Source of the DNA: Candidatus Hydrogenedentota bacterium
GTDB taxonomy: Bacteria > Hydrogenedentota > Hydrogenedentia > Hydrogenedentales > SLHB01
Direction of reading: 5' to 3'
DNA: 64,000 nucleotides
Assembly: GCA_963674865.2 (NCBI GenBank)
Contig: CAXXYE010000009.1
Location: 1,088,001 to 1,152,000 of the forward strand
Under the pieces are notes generated by a model, which searched no databases, was not told the DNA's origin, and saw only the letters and a program-made list of their open reading frames with translations. The translations under genes and the position numbers were made by a program. The number at the start of each line of letters is the position of its first letter. Position 1 is the first letter of the stretch. Below, one piece after another: positions 10,674 to 19,952 of this stretch.

Positions 10674-11207
10674 ATGGCCATGTCGAAGCTCAATCTGCAG
10701 AAACGCGAGAAGATCGTCCTTGGTTGCGGCGCCGGAGCCGTCGTCTTGCTTGCCGCTTACCTTCTCATGCAGCGCCCCATCAACGAGTACAAGCGCTCGG
10801 TTGAAGCCCTGACGCGCGCTAGACAGTGCCAGGCCCTGGCTGAGGGGTGGCGGGAAGAAGTCCGAAGTGCCCGTGGCGGCCAGGAAGAGTTAGCGCAGCG
10901 TATCCGGGCCCGTGGGCCGCGTTTTGACCTCTGGACGCATATCGGCAGTGCCCTCCGCGCGGCCCAATTGCAGGACCGCGGAGACTTCGAGAGTAAGCGC
11001 AGCGTACTTTCCTCGGGAGCGCTCGCGGAGGTCGAACTCACCTTGAGAGGCGTTACCATGGAGGAACTCGTCGACCTATTGCATAGGATCTATGCAGGCG
11101 ACAACCTTGTGGTCTTGTACAAGCTCACCCACATTCGCGCGGAAAACGACGGCAAGGGCCTCTCTTGCCAGATGACATGGATTTCCCCGCGCCCGCAGAA
11201 GCCATGA
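10674..11207 (+). CDS. gspM: Type II secretion protein M-like
   Basis: LQKREKIVL followed by a TM segment, then VELTLRGVTMEELVDLLHRI. Last gene of the T2SS operon. Confidence 0.8.
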   Translation: MAMSKLNLQKREKIVLGCGAGAVVLLAAYLLMQRPINEYKRSVEALTRARQCQALAEGWREEVRSARGGQEELAQRIRARGPRFDLWTHIGSALRAAQLQDRGDFESKRSVLSSGALAEVELTLRGVTMEELVDLLHRIYAGDNLVVLYKLTHIRAENDGKGLSCQMTWISPRPQKP

Positions 11208-11394
11208 CGGTATGTCCTTGCGGCACATCCAAAATGGCCTCTTGGACCTCGGTGCCGCCAGTCTCCTGTCCCCGATGATGGGACGCCGAAGTATCTGAGC
11301 CGTGGAGGTCGCACGTACCTGCGATAGAAGTCCCGCGGCGCCGGATGGTTTGGCGTGCGGCGCCGTCGGCGGCCCGCCCACTGGGGAAAATGGC

Positions 11395-11423
11395 TTGACT
11401 TCCCAACGCTCATAGGCCAAAAT
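11395..11423 (+). promoter_or_regulatory. Putative sigma70-type promoter
   Basis: TTGACT-N17-CAAAAT in the gspM-pilB intergenic region. Confidence 0.35.
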
Positions 11424-11723
11424 GCCAGATCAGCCAATGGATCTCCCGCATGACACTTAGACATTGGCTGTGTGCCGTATGGGTGGCAAGCAAGACGGCG
11501 CCATGGCCACGGGATGCACTACGTCCTGAAGAAGGTGCGCGAAGAACAATCGCCGAGGGATGTTGCCGGTGGCCGAATGGGCACTCTCTCCCAGCGAGGC
11601 ATTGTGACGAAGATCCTATCCGAACAATGGAAAAGACCTAGGCCTTTGAGAGTACGATGGGTTAACTGTTGACATAAATGCACGTAAGTGCAATGGAATC
11701 AACGTTATCTATCAGTATTTACA

Positions 11724-11753
11724 TTGACAAGTTTGCCCTGTGTCTGGTAAAGT
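11724..11753 (+). promoter_or_regulatory. Putative sigma70-type promoter for the pilus operon
   Basis: TTGACA-N18-TAAAGT with an extended -10 TG, in an AT-rich patch 28 bp upstream of the ATG at 11781. Confidence 0.55.
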
Positions 11754-11780
11754 TTTTGTGGAAAAAGAGGACTGTGTACC

Positions 11781-13631
11781 ATGCAGCAGCAGGCGTACAG
11801 CATGTTCGGCGAGCGTCTTGTCGAGCGAGGCGTTATCAGCCAGAAACAACTCGACGAAGCGATTCACAAACAGCAGACCACCATGGGCCGTCGGAAGCTC
11901 GGCGAGATTCTGGTACGCCTCGGCTACATAAGTAAGAATCACATTTCCGACGGCCTCGCCGATCAACTCGGCATTCCCATCATCAAGCTCTCCGATCGGG
12001 AAATCCCTGAGCGTATCCGAAATCTCGTTGATCCGGGCGTCGCCACTTTGTACCGGGTTATCCCTGTCGAAGAAAACGGCAGTGCGCTCGTGATCGCAAC
12101 CGCCGATCCAACGAATATCAACAACATCGACAATCTCGGCCGTCTTCTCGACAGGCCCATCGAAACCGTCCTCGCCTCCGATGAGGAGATTAGCCAGGCG
12201 CTGGCCAAGTATTACGGCCTTTCCGAGACCACCGTCGAAACCATGCTATCGACGGTTAGCAGCGCCAGCACCATGAGTACGTTGAGCACCATGTCCAACG
12301 TGAGTTCCCTCGGCTCTTCCATGAGCAGCCTAGGAAGCATGAGCGGCAGCGACATCAGTCTCAGCAGCATCAGCGTGGACAGTGTCGATTTCGACGGGGA
12401 TGCCGGCGTCGCCGATGACGAGGAGGATGAGGACGACAGCCCGGTTATCCGATACGTGCACAATCTCATTCTCGAGGCATTCCGCCTTCGTGCCAGTGAC
12501 ATCCACGTCGAGCCCGGGAAACTGGACACCAAGGTCCGTTACCGGATCGATGGTGTGCTTCATATTATGCCCGCACCCCCGAAGCGGGCGCAGGCAGCCA
12601 TCATTTCGCGCCTTAAGATCCTTGCGGGCATGGACATTGCCGAGCGGCGCGTTCCTCAGGACGGCCGCATCAAACTCAACCTTGCCGGCAAGATGGTCGA
12701 CTTGCGCGTCAGTGCGCTTCCGGGAACCCATGGTGAAAGCATGGTGCTCCGTATCCTCGACAAGAGCGGCCTGATGCTCGGATTGGGGCAGCTTGGCTTC
12801 TGCGCGGAAGACCAGAAGCAATGGGAGAAGCTTCTGGCGCACTCGACCGGCGTTGTGCTCGTAACCGGCCCAACAGGCTCCGGCAAGACGACGACCCTCT
12901 ACGGCTCGCTGCACAATCTCAACAAGCCCGAGGTGAAGCTTGTTACCGTTGAGGATCCTGTCGAGTACCAGTTGAACGGGATCAATCAGGTGCAGATCCA
13001 TCACGAGATCGGCTGGGACTTCGCCCGTGCGCTTCGCTCCATATTCCGTCAAGACCCCGATGTCGTGATGGTCGGTGAGATTCGCGACCACGAGACCGCT
13101 GAGATCGCCATCAAGGCGGCCCTTACCGGCCATTTGGTGTTCTCCACACTGCACACGAACGACGCACCCAGCTCGGTGATTCGACTCGTCGATATCGGTA
13201 TCAAGCCCTTCCTGGTTGCGTCCGGTGTGCGCGCCATCCTGGCCCAACGGCTTGTACGGACGATCTGTGCGAGCTGCAAAGAGCCCTACACGCCCGACGA
13301 GGAAGAGATTAGCCGCCTCGGGCTAGATTTCGACTTCAGCAAAGTTGAGCTTTACCACGGCGTCGGATGCGAGAACTGCAATCACACCGGCTACCAAGGG
13401 CGCTTGGGAGTGTTCGAACTTCTCATCATGTCCGAGAGGCTCCGGCGCCTCGTCATGGCGAGCGAGTCTGCCAGCACGTTGCGCAAGGTGGCCCGCATCG
13501 AGGGCATGGCGTCCATGCGCGAGGACGGTTTGCGTAAGGTTTTGAACGGGGTGACGACCATTTCCGAGGTACTCCGCGTTACCCAGCCCGTCGAGCCGCT
13601 CGACGAGATCATGGAGAAGGAGGCGGTATAG
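11781..13631 (+). CDS. pilB: PilB/GspE-family assembly ATPase 1, with MshEN-like N-terminus and Ser-rich linker
   Basis: ASDIHVEP, GPTGSGKTT, TVEDPVEY, RQDPDVVMVGEIRD, CASC/CENC. N-terminal FGERLVERGVIS...KLGEILVRLGYI. Confidence 0.9.
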   Translation: MQQQAYSMFGERLVERGVISQKQLDEAIHKQQTTMGRRKLGEILVRLGYISKNHISDGLADQLGIPIIKLSDREIPERIRNLVDPGVATLYRVIPVEENGSALVIATADPTNINNIDNLGRLLDRPIETVLASDEEISQALAKYYGLSETTVETMLSTVSSASTMSTLSTMSNVSSLGSSMSSLGSMSGSDISLSSISVDSVDFDGDAGVADDEEDEDDSPVIRYVHNLILEAFRLRASDIHVEPGKLDTKVRYRIDGVLHIMPAPPKRAQAAIISRLKILAGMDIAERRVPQDGRIKLNLAGKMVDLRVSALPGTHGESMVLRILDKSGLMLGLGQLGFCAEDQKQWEKLLAHSTGVVLVTGPTGSGKTTTLYGSLHNLNKPEVKLVTVEDPVEYQLNGINQVQIHHEIGWDFARALRSIFRQDPDVVMVGEIRDHETAEIAIKAALTGHLVFSTLHTNDAPSSVIRLVDIGIKPFLVASGVRAILAQRLVRTICASCKEPYTPDEEEISRLGLDFDFSKVELYHGVGCENCNHTGYQGRLGVFELLIMSERLRRLVMASESASTLRKVARIEGMASMREDGLRKVLNGVTTISEVLRVTQPVEPLDEIMEKEAV

Positions 13632-14728
13632 TGGCTTACGAGATGGTCAGTCTCATCAAGATGCTTATCGATCGGGATGGCTCCGATCTACATCTTGCCG
13701 TGGACAATCCTCCCGTCGGGCGTGTCCATGGCCACCTCCAGTTTTTTGGAGAGCCGCCCCTGACCGGCGAGGACACGGAGCGGCTTATGAAGAGCATCGC
13801 CTCCGTCGACAACCAGCAGGAGCTGCAGGAGGTCGGCGGCGCTGACTTCGGTTTCGCCTTCGAAGACGTTGCCCGCTTCCGCGTGTCGATTTTCAAGCAG
13901 CGTGGCTGCGTCGGGGCGGTCCTGCGTTTGATTCCCCGGCATATCATGTCGTTTGAGGAACTCGGACTGCCGCTGATTTTACAGGAAGTGATAACGCAGC
14001 CCCGCGGCATGATCCTTGTCACAGGCCCGACAGGTTCCGGCAAAACCACCTCCCTGGCCACCATGATCGACTGGCTCAACACAAACTTCGACCATCACAT
14101 CATTACCGTCGAAGATCCCATCGAGTACTACCACAACCACAAGCGGAGCATCATTACGCAGCGCGAAGTCGGCGTCGACGTCCCCACATTTGCCGAAGCC
14201 CTTCGGCGCGCTCTACGACAGGACCCCGACATCATTCTGGTCGGAGAAATGCGCGACCTTGAAACCATTGAGGCGGCCATCACCGCGGCCGAGACCGGCC
14301 ACCTTGTGTTCGGGACGCTGCATACGACGGGCGCCGTCCGTACCATCGACCGTATCGTTGATGCCTTCCCCACTAATCAACAAGAGCAGATTCGTACTCA
14401 GCTTGCCGGTAACCTGAGGGCCGTGATCTCGCAGACTCTTGTGCCTCGAAAGAGCGGCTTCGGCCGTGTGGCTGCTTTCGAGATTATGGTTTCGACGCCG
14501 GCCATTCAGAATCTCATCCGCGAGAACAAGTCGTACCGCATTACCTCCTCCATCCAAACCGGCCACAAGTACGGTATGAACCTGCTGGATGAGCACCTGC
14601 TTGCGCTGTATCGCAAAGGCATTATCAAATACGAGGATGCCATGCTGAAGTGTCAGGAGCCGCAGGAGTTCGAGCAGAACGTCCGCAACCTGGATCCCAA
14701 CGCAACCCCAGCGGGCGCCCCCGCATAG
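13631..14728 (+). CDS. pilT: Type IV pilus retraction ATPase PilT
   Basis: GSDLHL, GPTGSGKTT, ALRQDPDIILVGEMRD, AETGHLVFGTLHT, PilT signature AIQNLIRE, and no tetracysteine motif. Confidence 0.95.
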   Translation: MAYEMVSLIKMLIDRDGSDLHLAVDNPPVGRVHGHLQFFGEPPLTGEDTERLMKSIASVDNQQELQEVGGADFGFAFEDVARFRVSIFKQRGCVGAVLRLIPRHIMSFEELGLPLILQEVITQPRGMILVTGPTGSGKTTSLATMIDWLNTNFDHHIITVEDPIEYYHNHKRSIITQREVGVDVPTFAEALRRALRQDPDIILVGEMRDLETIEAAITAAETGHLVFGTLHTTGAVRTIDRIVDAFPTNQQEQIRTQLAGNLRAVISQTLVPRKSGFGRVAAFEIMVSTPAIQNLIRENKSYRITSSIQTGHKYGMNLLDEHLLALYRKGIIKYEDAMLKCQEPQEFEQNVRNLDPNATPAGAPA

Positions 14729-14743
14729 TGTAAGGATTGCGCC

Positions 14744-16486
14744 ATGGCCGTAGCGAAAGAGAGACAGCTTGGCGATATTCTGGTCGAGCAGGGCGTTATC
14801 AGCCCGCTTGAGCTGGACGAGGCTATCCAACGACAGCGCCTCACCGGCGACATGCTCGGCCGCGTTCTCGTCAAGATGGGCCTCTGCGAGGAGCAAGACG
14901 TCGTCGAAGCCCTCGGGCTGCAAGCCGGCATGGAGCGTGTGGACCTCACGAAACTCCAGATTAAGGATGACGTCCTGCGCAAGATCTCGCCGGACGTCGC
15001 CCGCTTCTACAACATCATCCCCGTGCGCGAAAACGAGAATATCCTCACGGTTGCCATGGCCGATCCGCTCAACCTGGGTGTTCTGGACGACCTGCAGCAG
15101 ATTGTAGGTTGCGAGGTCCGCGGCGCCATTAGCAATCAGCAGGATGTGGCCGCCGCCCTCAAAGATAACTACGCCTACGAGGGCGATTCGGTACACGAGA
15201 CCCTGAACGAACTTGTCGAGCGCGTGGGGGATGGGGAGCTTTCGCTCGAAGAGCTTGGCCAGCAAGAGATCATCTCCGACGTCGACAACCTGATCGAGTT
15301 GTCTCAGGAGCCCGAGATCATCAAGATCGTTAATCTCGTCCTCCTTGAAGCCGTTCAGAAGCGCGCCTCCGACATCCACTTTGAGGTATACGAGGAGGAC
15401 TTCCGCATCCGCATACGCGTTGACGGCGTCCTCCAGGAGATCGTCAGCCCCGCGAAAGCGCTTTCCCTAGCCCTCGTATCGCGCGTCAAGGTTATGTCGA
15501 ACATGGACATCGGTGAGCGGCGCCTTCCCCAGGACGCACGCATCGAACTCAAGATAGGTGATAGCGAGATCGACGTCCGCGTCGCCACTCTGCCCACGCT
15601 CTTTGGCGAGGGTGTTGTGCTGCGTATCCTGGACCGGACCGCCGTTCAGGTTGACCTCGAGAAGCTCGGTTTCAGCGCCCTCGTGCTCAAGGGAATCCGA
15701 GGCGTCATCCAGAAACCCAATGGCATTCTTCTCGTGACGGGCCCTACCGGTTCCGGCAAGACAACCACCCTCTATGCCTGTTTGCAGGAATTGAACACCG
15801 TCGAGGTGAAGATCATCACTACGGAGGACCCCGTCGAGCTGGAGCTCGAGCGGGTGGTCCAAGTCCAGGTCCGCGAAGAGGTCGGGCTGACCTTCGCCAG
15901 TTGCCTCCGCTCCATTCTGCGTCAGGACCCCGACATTGTCATGGTCGGTGAGATCCGCGACCTCGAAACCGCCGAGATCGCCGTTGAGGCGTCACTCACG
16001 GGCCATATTGTGTTGAGCACCCTCCACACCAACAGCGCCCCTGAAACCATTACTCGTCTGCTGGATATGGATGTTGAGCCCTTCCTGATCACCTCATCCC
16101 TCGAGGGCGTTCTTGCCCAGCGGCTTGTCCGCGTGCTTTGTCGCCATTGCCGCGAGCCTTACAAGGCCGACGATGAAGAGATGGATATGCTTGGACTGCC
16201 CGAAAGCTACCGCAAGTCCGGCAACCTCCGCCTCTGGCGGCCCAAGGGCTGCCCTGCCTGTGACTTCGCGGGATACATGGGCCGCACCGGCCTCTTCGAA
16301 TTGCTCGTCGTTGACGACGTTGTCCGCGAAATGATCCTTGATCGCGCCATGGCCCAGGACCTGCGCAAGTACGCCCGCGCAACGCTCGGCATGAGGACTC
16401 TCCGCGAGGAAGGTATCATCAAGTGCGTCCAGGGCATCACAAGTCCTCGAGAGATCATCATGCATACCGACAAGTTTGACGACTGA
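14744..16486 (+). CDS. pilB: PilB/GspE-family assembly ATPase 2
   Basis: MshEN-like QLGDILVEQGVIS, VAMADP, ASDIHFE, GPTGSGKTT, LRQDPDIVMVGEIRD, CRHC/CPAC. Confidence 0.9.
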   Translation: MAVAKERQLGDILVEQGVISPLELDEAIQRQRLTGDMLGRVLVKMGLCEEQDVVEALGLQAGMERVDLTKLQIKDDVLRKISPDVARFYNIIPVRENENILTVAMADPLNLGVLDDLQQIVGCEVRGAISNQQDVAAALKDNYAYEGDSVHETLNELVERVGDGELSLEELGQQEIISDVDNLIELSQEPEIIKIVNLVLLEAVQKRASDIHFEVYEEDFRIRIRVDGVLQEIVSPAKALSLALVSRVKVMSNMDIGERRLPQDARIELKIGDSEIDVRVATLPTLFGEGVVLRILDRTAVQVDLEKLGFSALVLKGIRGVIQKPNGILLVTGPTGSGKTTTLYACLQELNTVEVKIITTEDPVELELERVVQVQVREEVGLTFASCLRSILRQDPDIVMVGEIRDLETAEIAVEASLTGHIVLSTLHTNSAPETITRLLDMDVEPFLITSSLEGVLAQRLVRVLCRHCREPYKADDEEMDMLGLPESYRKSGNLRLWRPKGCPACDFAGYMGRTGLFELLVVDDVVREMILDRAMAQDLRKYARATLGMRTLREEGIIKCVQGITSPREIIMHTDKFDD

Positions 16487-16500
16487 GAGGAGATCCAGTC

Positions 16501-17742
16501 ATGCCGAAGTACGCGTATAAGGCCCTGAACAAAGAGGGCAAAGAAGTGTTCGGCATCGTCGATGCGGATACTCAGGCTCTGGCCATCAACGATGTGCGCA
16601 GTCTTGGATTCTATCCGACCCAGGTTCGGGAAGCGCGCAAGCGTGACGAACGCCGCGCACGGAAGCAAGGCAAGGCCGGCGGGCTGAGTGAGTTCTACAT
16701 CGGCGGCGTCAAGCAAAAAGAGATCGTCCTTGTAACACGTCAGATGGCCACCCTTATCGACGCCGGCTTGCCGCTGCTGCGGAGTCTCAACGTTCTCATT
16801 GCCCAGCAGAAGCCCTCCAAGATGCGCGATGTCCTCCAGGAAATCGCCTATGACGTCCAGAGCGGCGCCACCTTCTCCGAGGGACTTGCCAAACATCCCA
16901 AAGTCTTCGACCGGCTCTTCGTGAACATGGTGCGCGCGGGTGAGGTAGGCGGTATGCTCGAGGTCGTGCTGAACCGATTGGCCGAGTTCATGGAGCGGCG
17001 CCAAGTCCTCAAGCGCCGTGTCCGAAGCGCCCTTGTTTATCCCGTCGCCGTTATCGTTATCGCCACGGGCATTGTCAGTTTCCTTCTCGTCCGAGTCGTA
17101 CCCGTTTTCGCGGAGATCTACGACGAGTTCGGCAAGGGGCTCCCCGCGCCGACGCAGTTCCTCGTCAATGTCGGCGATTTCATGAAATTCCGCTGGTGGC
17201 TTCTGCTGGCCATCGTTAACAGCAGCATCATCTCCATCAAGCTCCTTGGCAAGGTTCACACCGTCAGGCGCGTCATGGACCGCGTCGTCCTGAGGACGCC
17301 GCTCATCGGCGATCTGGTCGTCAAAGTCGCCGTAGCGCGCTTTGCCCGCACGCTAGGCACGCTTATCACTTCCGGTGTGCCCATCCTCCAGGCGCTCAAG
17401 ATCACCAAAGACACCATTGGCAACGAGGTGATTCAGAACGCCGTTCAGAAAGTACACGACAGCATCAAGGAAGGGGAGACCATCGCCGCCCCGCTCGACG
17501 AGGCCAAGGTCTTTCCCGCCATGGTCGTAAACATGATTGACGTCGGTGAGGAGACCGGCAGCCTGGACGCCATGCTTATGAAAGTCGCGGACATCTACGA
17601 CGCCGAAGTCGAGGCCGCCGTCGAGGCCATGCTGGCTTTGATGGAGCCCGTGATCATCGTGGTCCTCGGTGGCATTATCGGATTCATCGTCATTTCGCTG
17701 TACCTGCCCATTTTCAACCTCGCCGACGCCTTCGGCGGCTGA
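16501..17742 (+). CDS. pilC: Type IV pilus platform protein PilC
   Basis: RQMATLIDAGLPL, AGEVGGML, ARFARTLGTLITSGVPI, GEETGSLD, MEPVII. Confidence 0.93.
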   Translation: MPKYAYKALNKEGKEVFGIVDADTQALAINDVRSLGFYPTQVREARKRDERRARKQGKAGGLSEFYIGGVKQKEIVLVTRQMATLIDAGLPLLRSLNVLIAQQKPSKMRDVLQEIAYDVQSGATFSEGLAKHPKVFDRLFVNMVRAGEVGGMLEVVLNRLAEFMERRQVLKRRVRSALVYPVAVIVIATGIVSFLLVRVVPVFAEIYDEFGKGLPAPTQFLVNVGDFMKFRWWLLLAIVNSSIISIKLLGKVHTVRRVMDRVVLRTPLIGDLVVKVAVARFARTLGTLITSGVPILQALKITKDTIGNEVIQNAVQKVHDSIKEGETIAAPLDEAKVFPAMVVNMIDVGEETGSLDAMLMKVADIYDAEVEAAVEAMLALMEPVIIVVLGGIIGFIVISLYLPIFNLADAFGG

Positions 17743-17769
17743 GTCGGCTTCAACGAAAGGAGACAACTA

Positions 17770-18549
17770 ATGAGCCAGCGTGGTTTTACCCTTGTCGAAC
17801 TGTTGGTGGTCATCGCCATCATCGCCATCCTGGCGGCCATTGTCGTTCCCCGCGTCACGGATTTCCTATCCAAGGGGCGCATGACCAAGGCCGTCAGCGA
17901 GATTCGCGGCGTCGACACCGCCGTCACCAAGATGCTTGCCGACGCCGGCAAGAAGTCGATCTACCACATGTTCCAAGCGGGATTAGTGGACAATTTGCTG
18001 AAGGATACGGTGGCGGCTACGCTCGAGTACCAGTCGGATGTTATGTATCGCCTCCTGCGCCGCGGCCGTGAGGCCGAAGTGGCATTGCGGCCTGATGTGC
18101 GGAAGAAGCTAGGCCACGAATACATGCCCCTCGAGAATGATCCATGGGGAAATCCCTATTACTTCTTCCTCGGCTCCTACCGCGAGTTCCGTGAACGCGC
18201 AGGCGCTTCGGTTCCCATGGTTTTCCGCTCCTACAGAGTCATCTCGACAGACTGCTGGGAGTCCGGCGACGACGAAGAGACGCCGTACGTTTACGATGAC
18301 TGCGAGAAGTCCGAGGCCGACCAGCTTATACCGGGCAATCCCGCTGCCGATAATCTTGCCGGCTATCCCGCGTCGCTGGATATCCCCGTCTACGTCTTCT
18401 CCGCCGGCGAAGATCTCGAGATTGACCAGCTCACGACCTTCGACGTCTTTGACGCAGGTTTCACGGTTGAAGACACGTGGGACACCGTGGCCGGGAAGGA
18501 CGATATCAGCAACTGGGACAAGACGAGCGGCTGGGCGAGTTACTACTAG
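17770..18549 (+). CDS. Prepilin (259 aa, GspG-like DPWG motif), candidate major pilin
   Basis: G|FTLVELLVVIAIIAIL, NDPWGNPY, VFSAGED...DDISNW, strong AAGGAG RBS, first pilin after pilC. Confidence 0.85.
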   Translation: MSQRGFTLVELLVVIAIIAILAAIVVPRVTDFLSKGRMTKAVSEIRGVDTAVTKMLADAGKKSIYHMFQAGLVDNLLKDTVAATLEYQSDVMYRLLRRGREAEVALRPDVRKKLGHEYMPLENDPWGNPYYFFLGSYREFRERAGASVPMVFRSYRVISTDCWESGDDEETPYVYDDCEKSEADQLIPGNPAADNLAGYPASLDIPVYVFSAGEDLEIDQLTTFDVFDAGFTVEDTWDTVAGKDDISNWDKTSGWASYY

Positions 18550-18716
18550 GAGTGCGGCCGGAAAGCCGCCAAATGCAGGAGACTGGAAGCTTTGGATGCT
18601 GATACAGAAGGACGTACAAGTGCTTTCTGGACGCATCCCGCCGGAGGCCGCGCTTGGGGGCCGGACTTCTAGGCTGCGCCTTCCGGAGGCTGCACAGGCA
18701 AGTTGGAGGTGCTGAG

Positions 18717-19514
18717 GTGGACGTGCGTCACTATAGACGGCCGCGGGGGATGACGTTGGTGGAGCTCGTCGTCGTCCTCGCCATCATTATTGTGGTGGCG
18801 GCCGTGGCGTTCCCTACCTTCGGCCGCCTCGGAATGTTCTCAGGCGACGAGATCGGCACCAGTTCGCGCGAGCTATACACGATGCTGCGCGCCGCACGAA
18901 TGTACGCCGCCTCCAACAGAGCTAACACGGCATTGGTTTATACGCTGAAGAACGTTGGTACCGCCTCGGCGCCTGTTGTCGTCATCGACGGTATGGCGTT
19001 GGCGCGGCAACTCAACCGCGACGACTTCAAAGTACTTCAGGGCGTGTTCACCACACTCACCGAAGATGATCGCGAGGATTCCTTTGCCGTTGTCAAAGAG
19101 CAGCTTGGCGAGTTTCAAACCATGTCCGGCGATACCTGCCTTGTCGAGGACAATTTCGTTACATTAGCGGATGAGGACGAGGATGACGTGGATGAGAGGC
19201 TGAAACGGGCCGGGATTCAACGCATCTCGCTCTACGACTACGGCGACGATGGAGTCCCTTACGAGGTCGAGCCAAGACGCGTCCCGCCGTCCTCGCTATT
19301 GCCCGATGAACTTAACGACAAGTTTCCTGCTCATGTCTTTCTTCCCTCCGGGATCGTGAAGACATACGCGCAGACAAAGCCTCGCGTCCAGCTTTCCGTA
19401 GGATATCTCCCCGAAGTAAGGCCCAATACCGGCGATGCCGCCGACGAACCTTCCGCCACCGCGGCGATTGTCGAGCTTTACACCGCCACCGGTCGGACGA
19501 AGATAGTCTCATGA
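18717..19514 (+). CDS. Minor prepilin (FimT/FimU/GspH-like)
   Basis: G|MTLVELVVVLAII, LRAARMYA helix, C-terminal TGRTK. GTG start after GGAGG. Confidence 0.8.
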   Translation: MDVRHYRRPRGMTLVELVVVLAIIIVVAAVAFPTFGRLGMFSGDEIGTSSRELYTMLRAARMYAASNRANTALVYTLKNVGTASAPVVVIDGMALARQLNRDDFKVLQGVFTTLTEDDREDSFAVVKEQLGEFQTMSGDTCLVEDNFVTLADEDEDDVDERLKRAGIQRISLYDYGDDGVPYEVEPRRVPPSSLLPDELNDKFPAHVFLPSGIVKTYAQTKPRVQLSVGYLPEVRPNTGDAADEPSATAAIVELYTATGRTKIVS

Positions 19515-19942
19515 GGACCGACGCTTTGAAGAAGGACAAGGGTTTCACGCTTCTCGAGGTCGTCATCGCGCTCACCATCCTGACGATCGGCGTCCTCGGC
19601 ATCTTTCAGTTATTCCCCTCCGCACTGCGGAACGTCCGGCTCGCCGCCGCGCGCCGAGAAGTGGCGTCCCTTGCCTCGGGGGTGCTTGGCCAGGCGCGCA
19701 TGGTGGGCGCCGAGACGTGGTACAAGAACCGCATCATGGAGTACGTGGTGGAGGGAACCGACCCGTGGTCGCGTTCCGGACTCGACAGCTATGCCGCCAC
19801 GGCGAGCATGTACGACGCGTACGCCACCACGCTGGAGCGCATGAGCGGCGCAGGGCGCGTTTACCTTCAGCGCATCACTTTCACGGCCGATATGTTTGAC
19901 GGCCGGAAGGAGCGATTTGTCACCTACGTGGCCGGACAATAG
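19511..19942 (+). CDS. Minor prepilin (PilV/GspI-like)
   Basis: G|FTLLEVVIALTILTIGVLGI, 143 aa, ATGA overlap with the upstream gene. Confidence 0.82.
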   Translation: MRTDALKKDKGFTLLEVVIALTILTIGVLGIFQLFPSALRNVRLAAARREVASLASGVLGQARMVGAETWYKNRIMEYVVEGTDPWSRSGLDSYAATASMYDAYATTLERMSGAGRVYLQRITFTADMFDGRKERFVTYVAGQ

Positions 19943-19952
19943 GTTAGGAGCC

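Noticed and set aside
11450..11672. Short ORFs of 63 and 66 aa upstream of pilB1
   Set aside because: No clear RBS or motif and atypical composition, so treated as probably non-coding.
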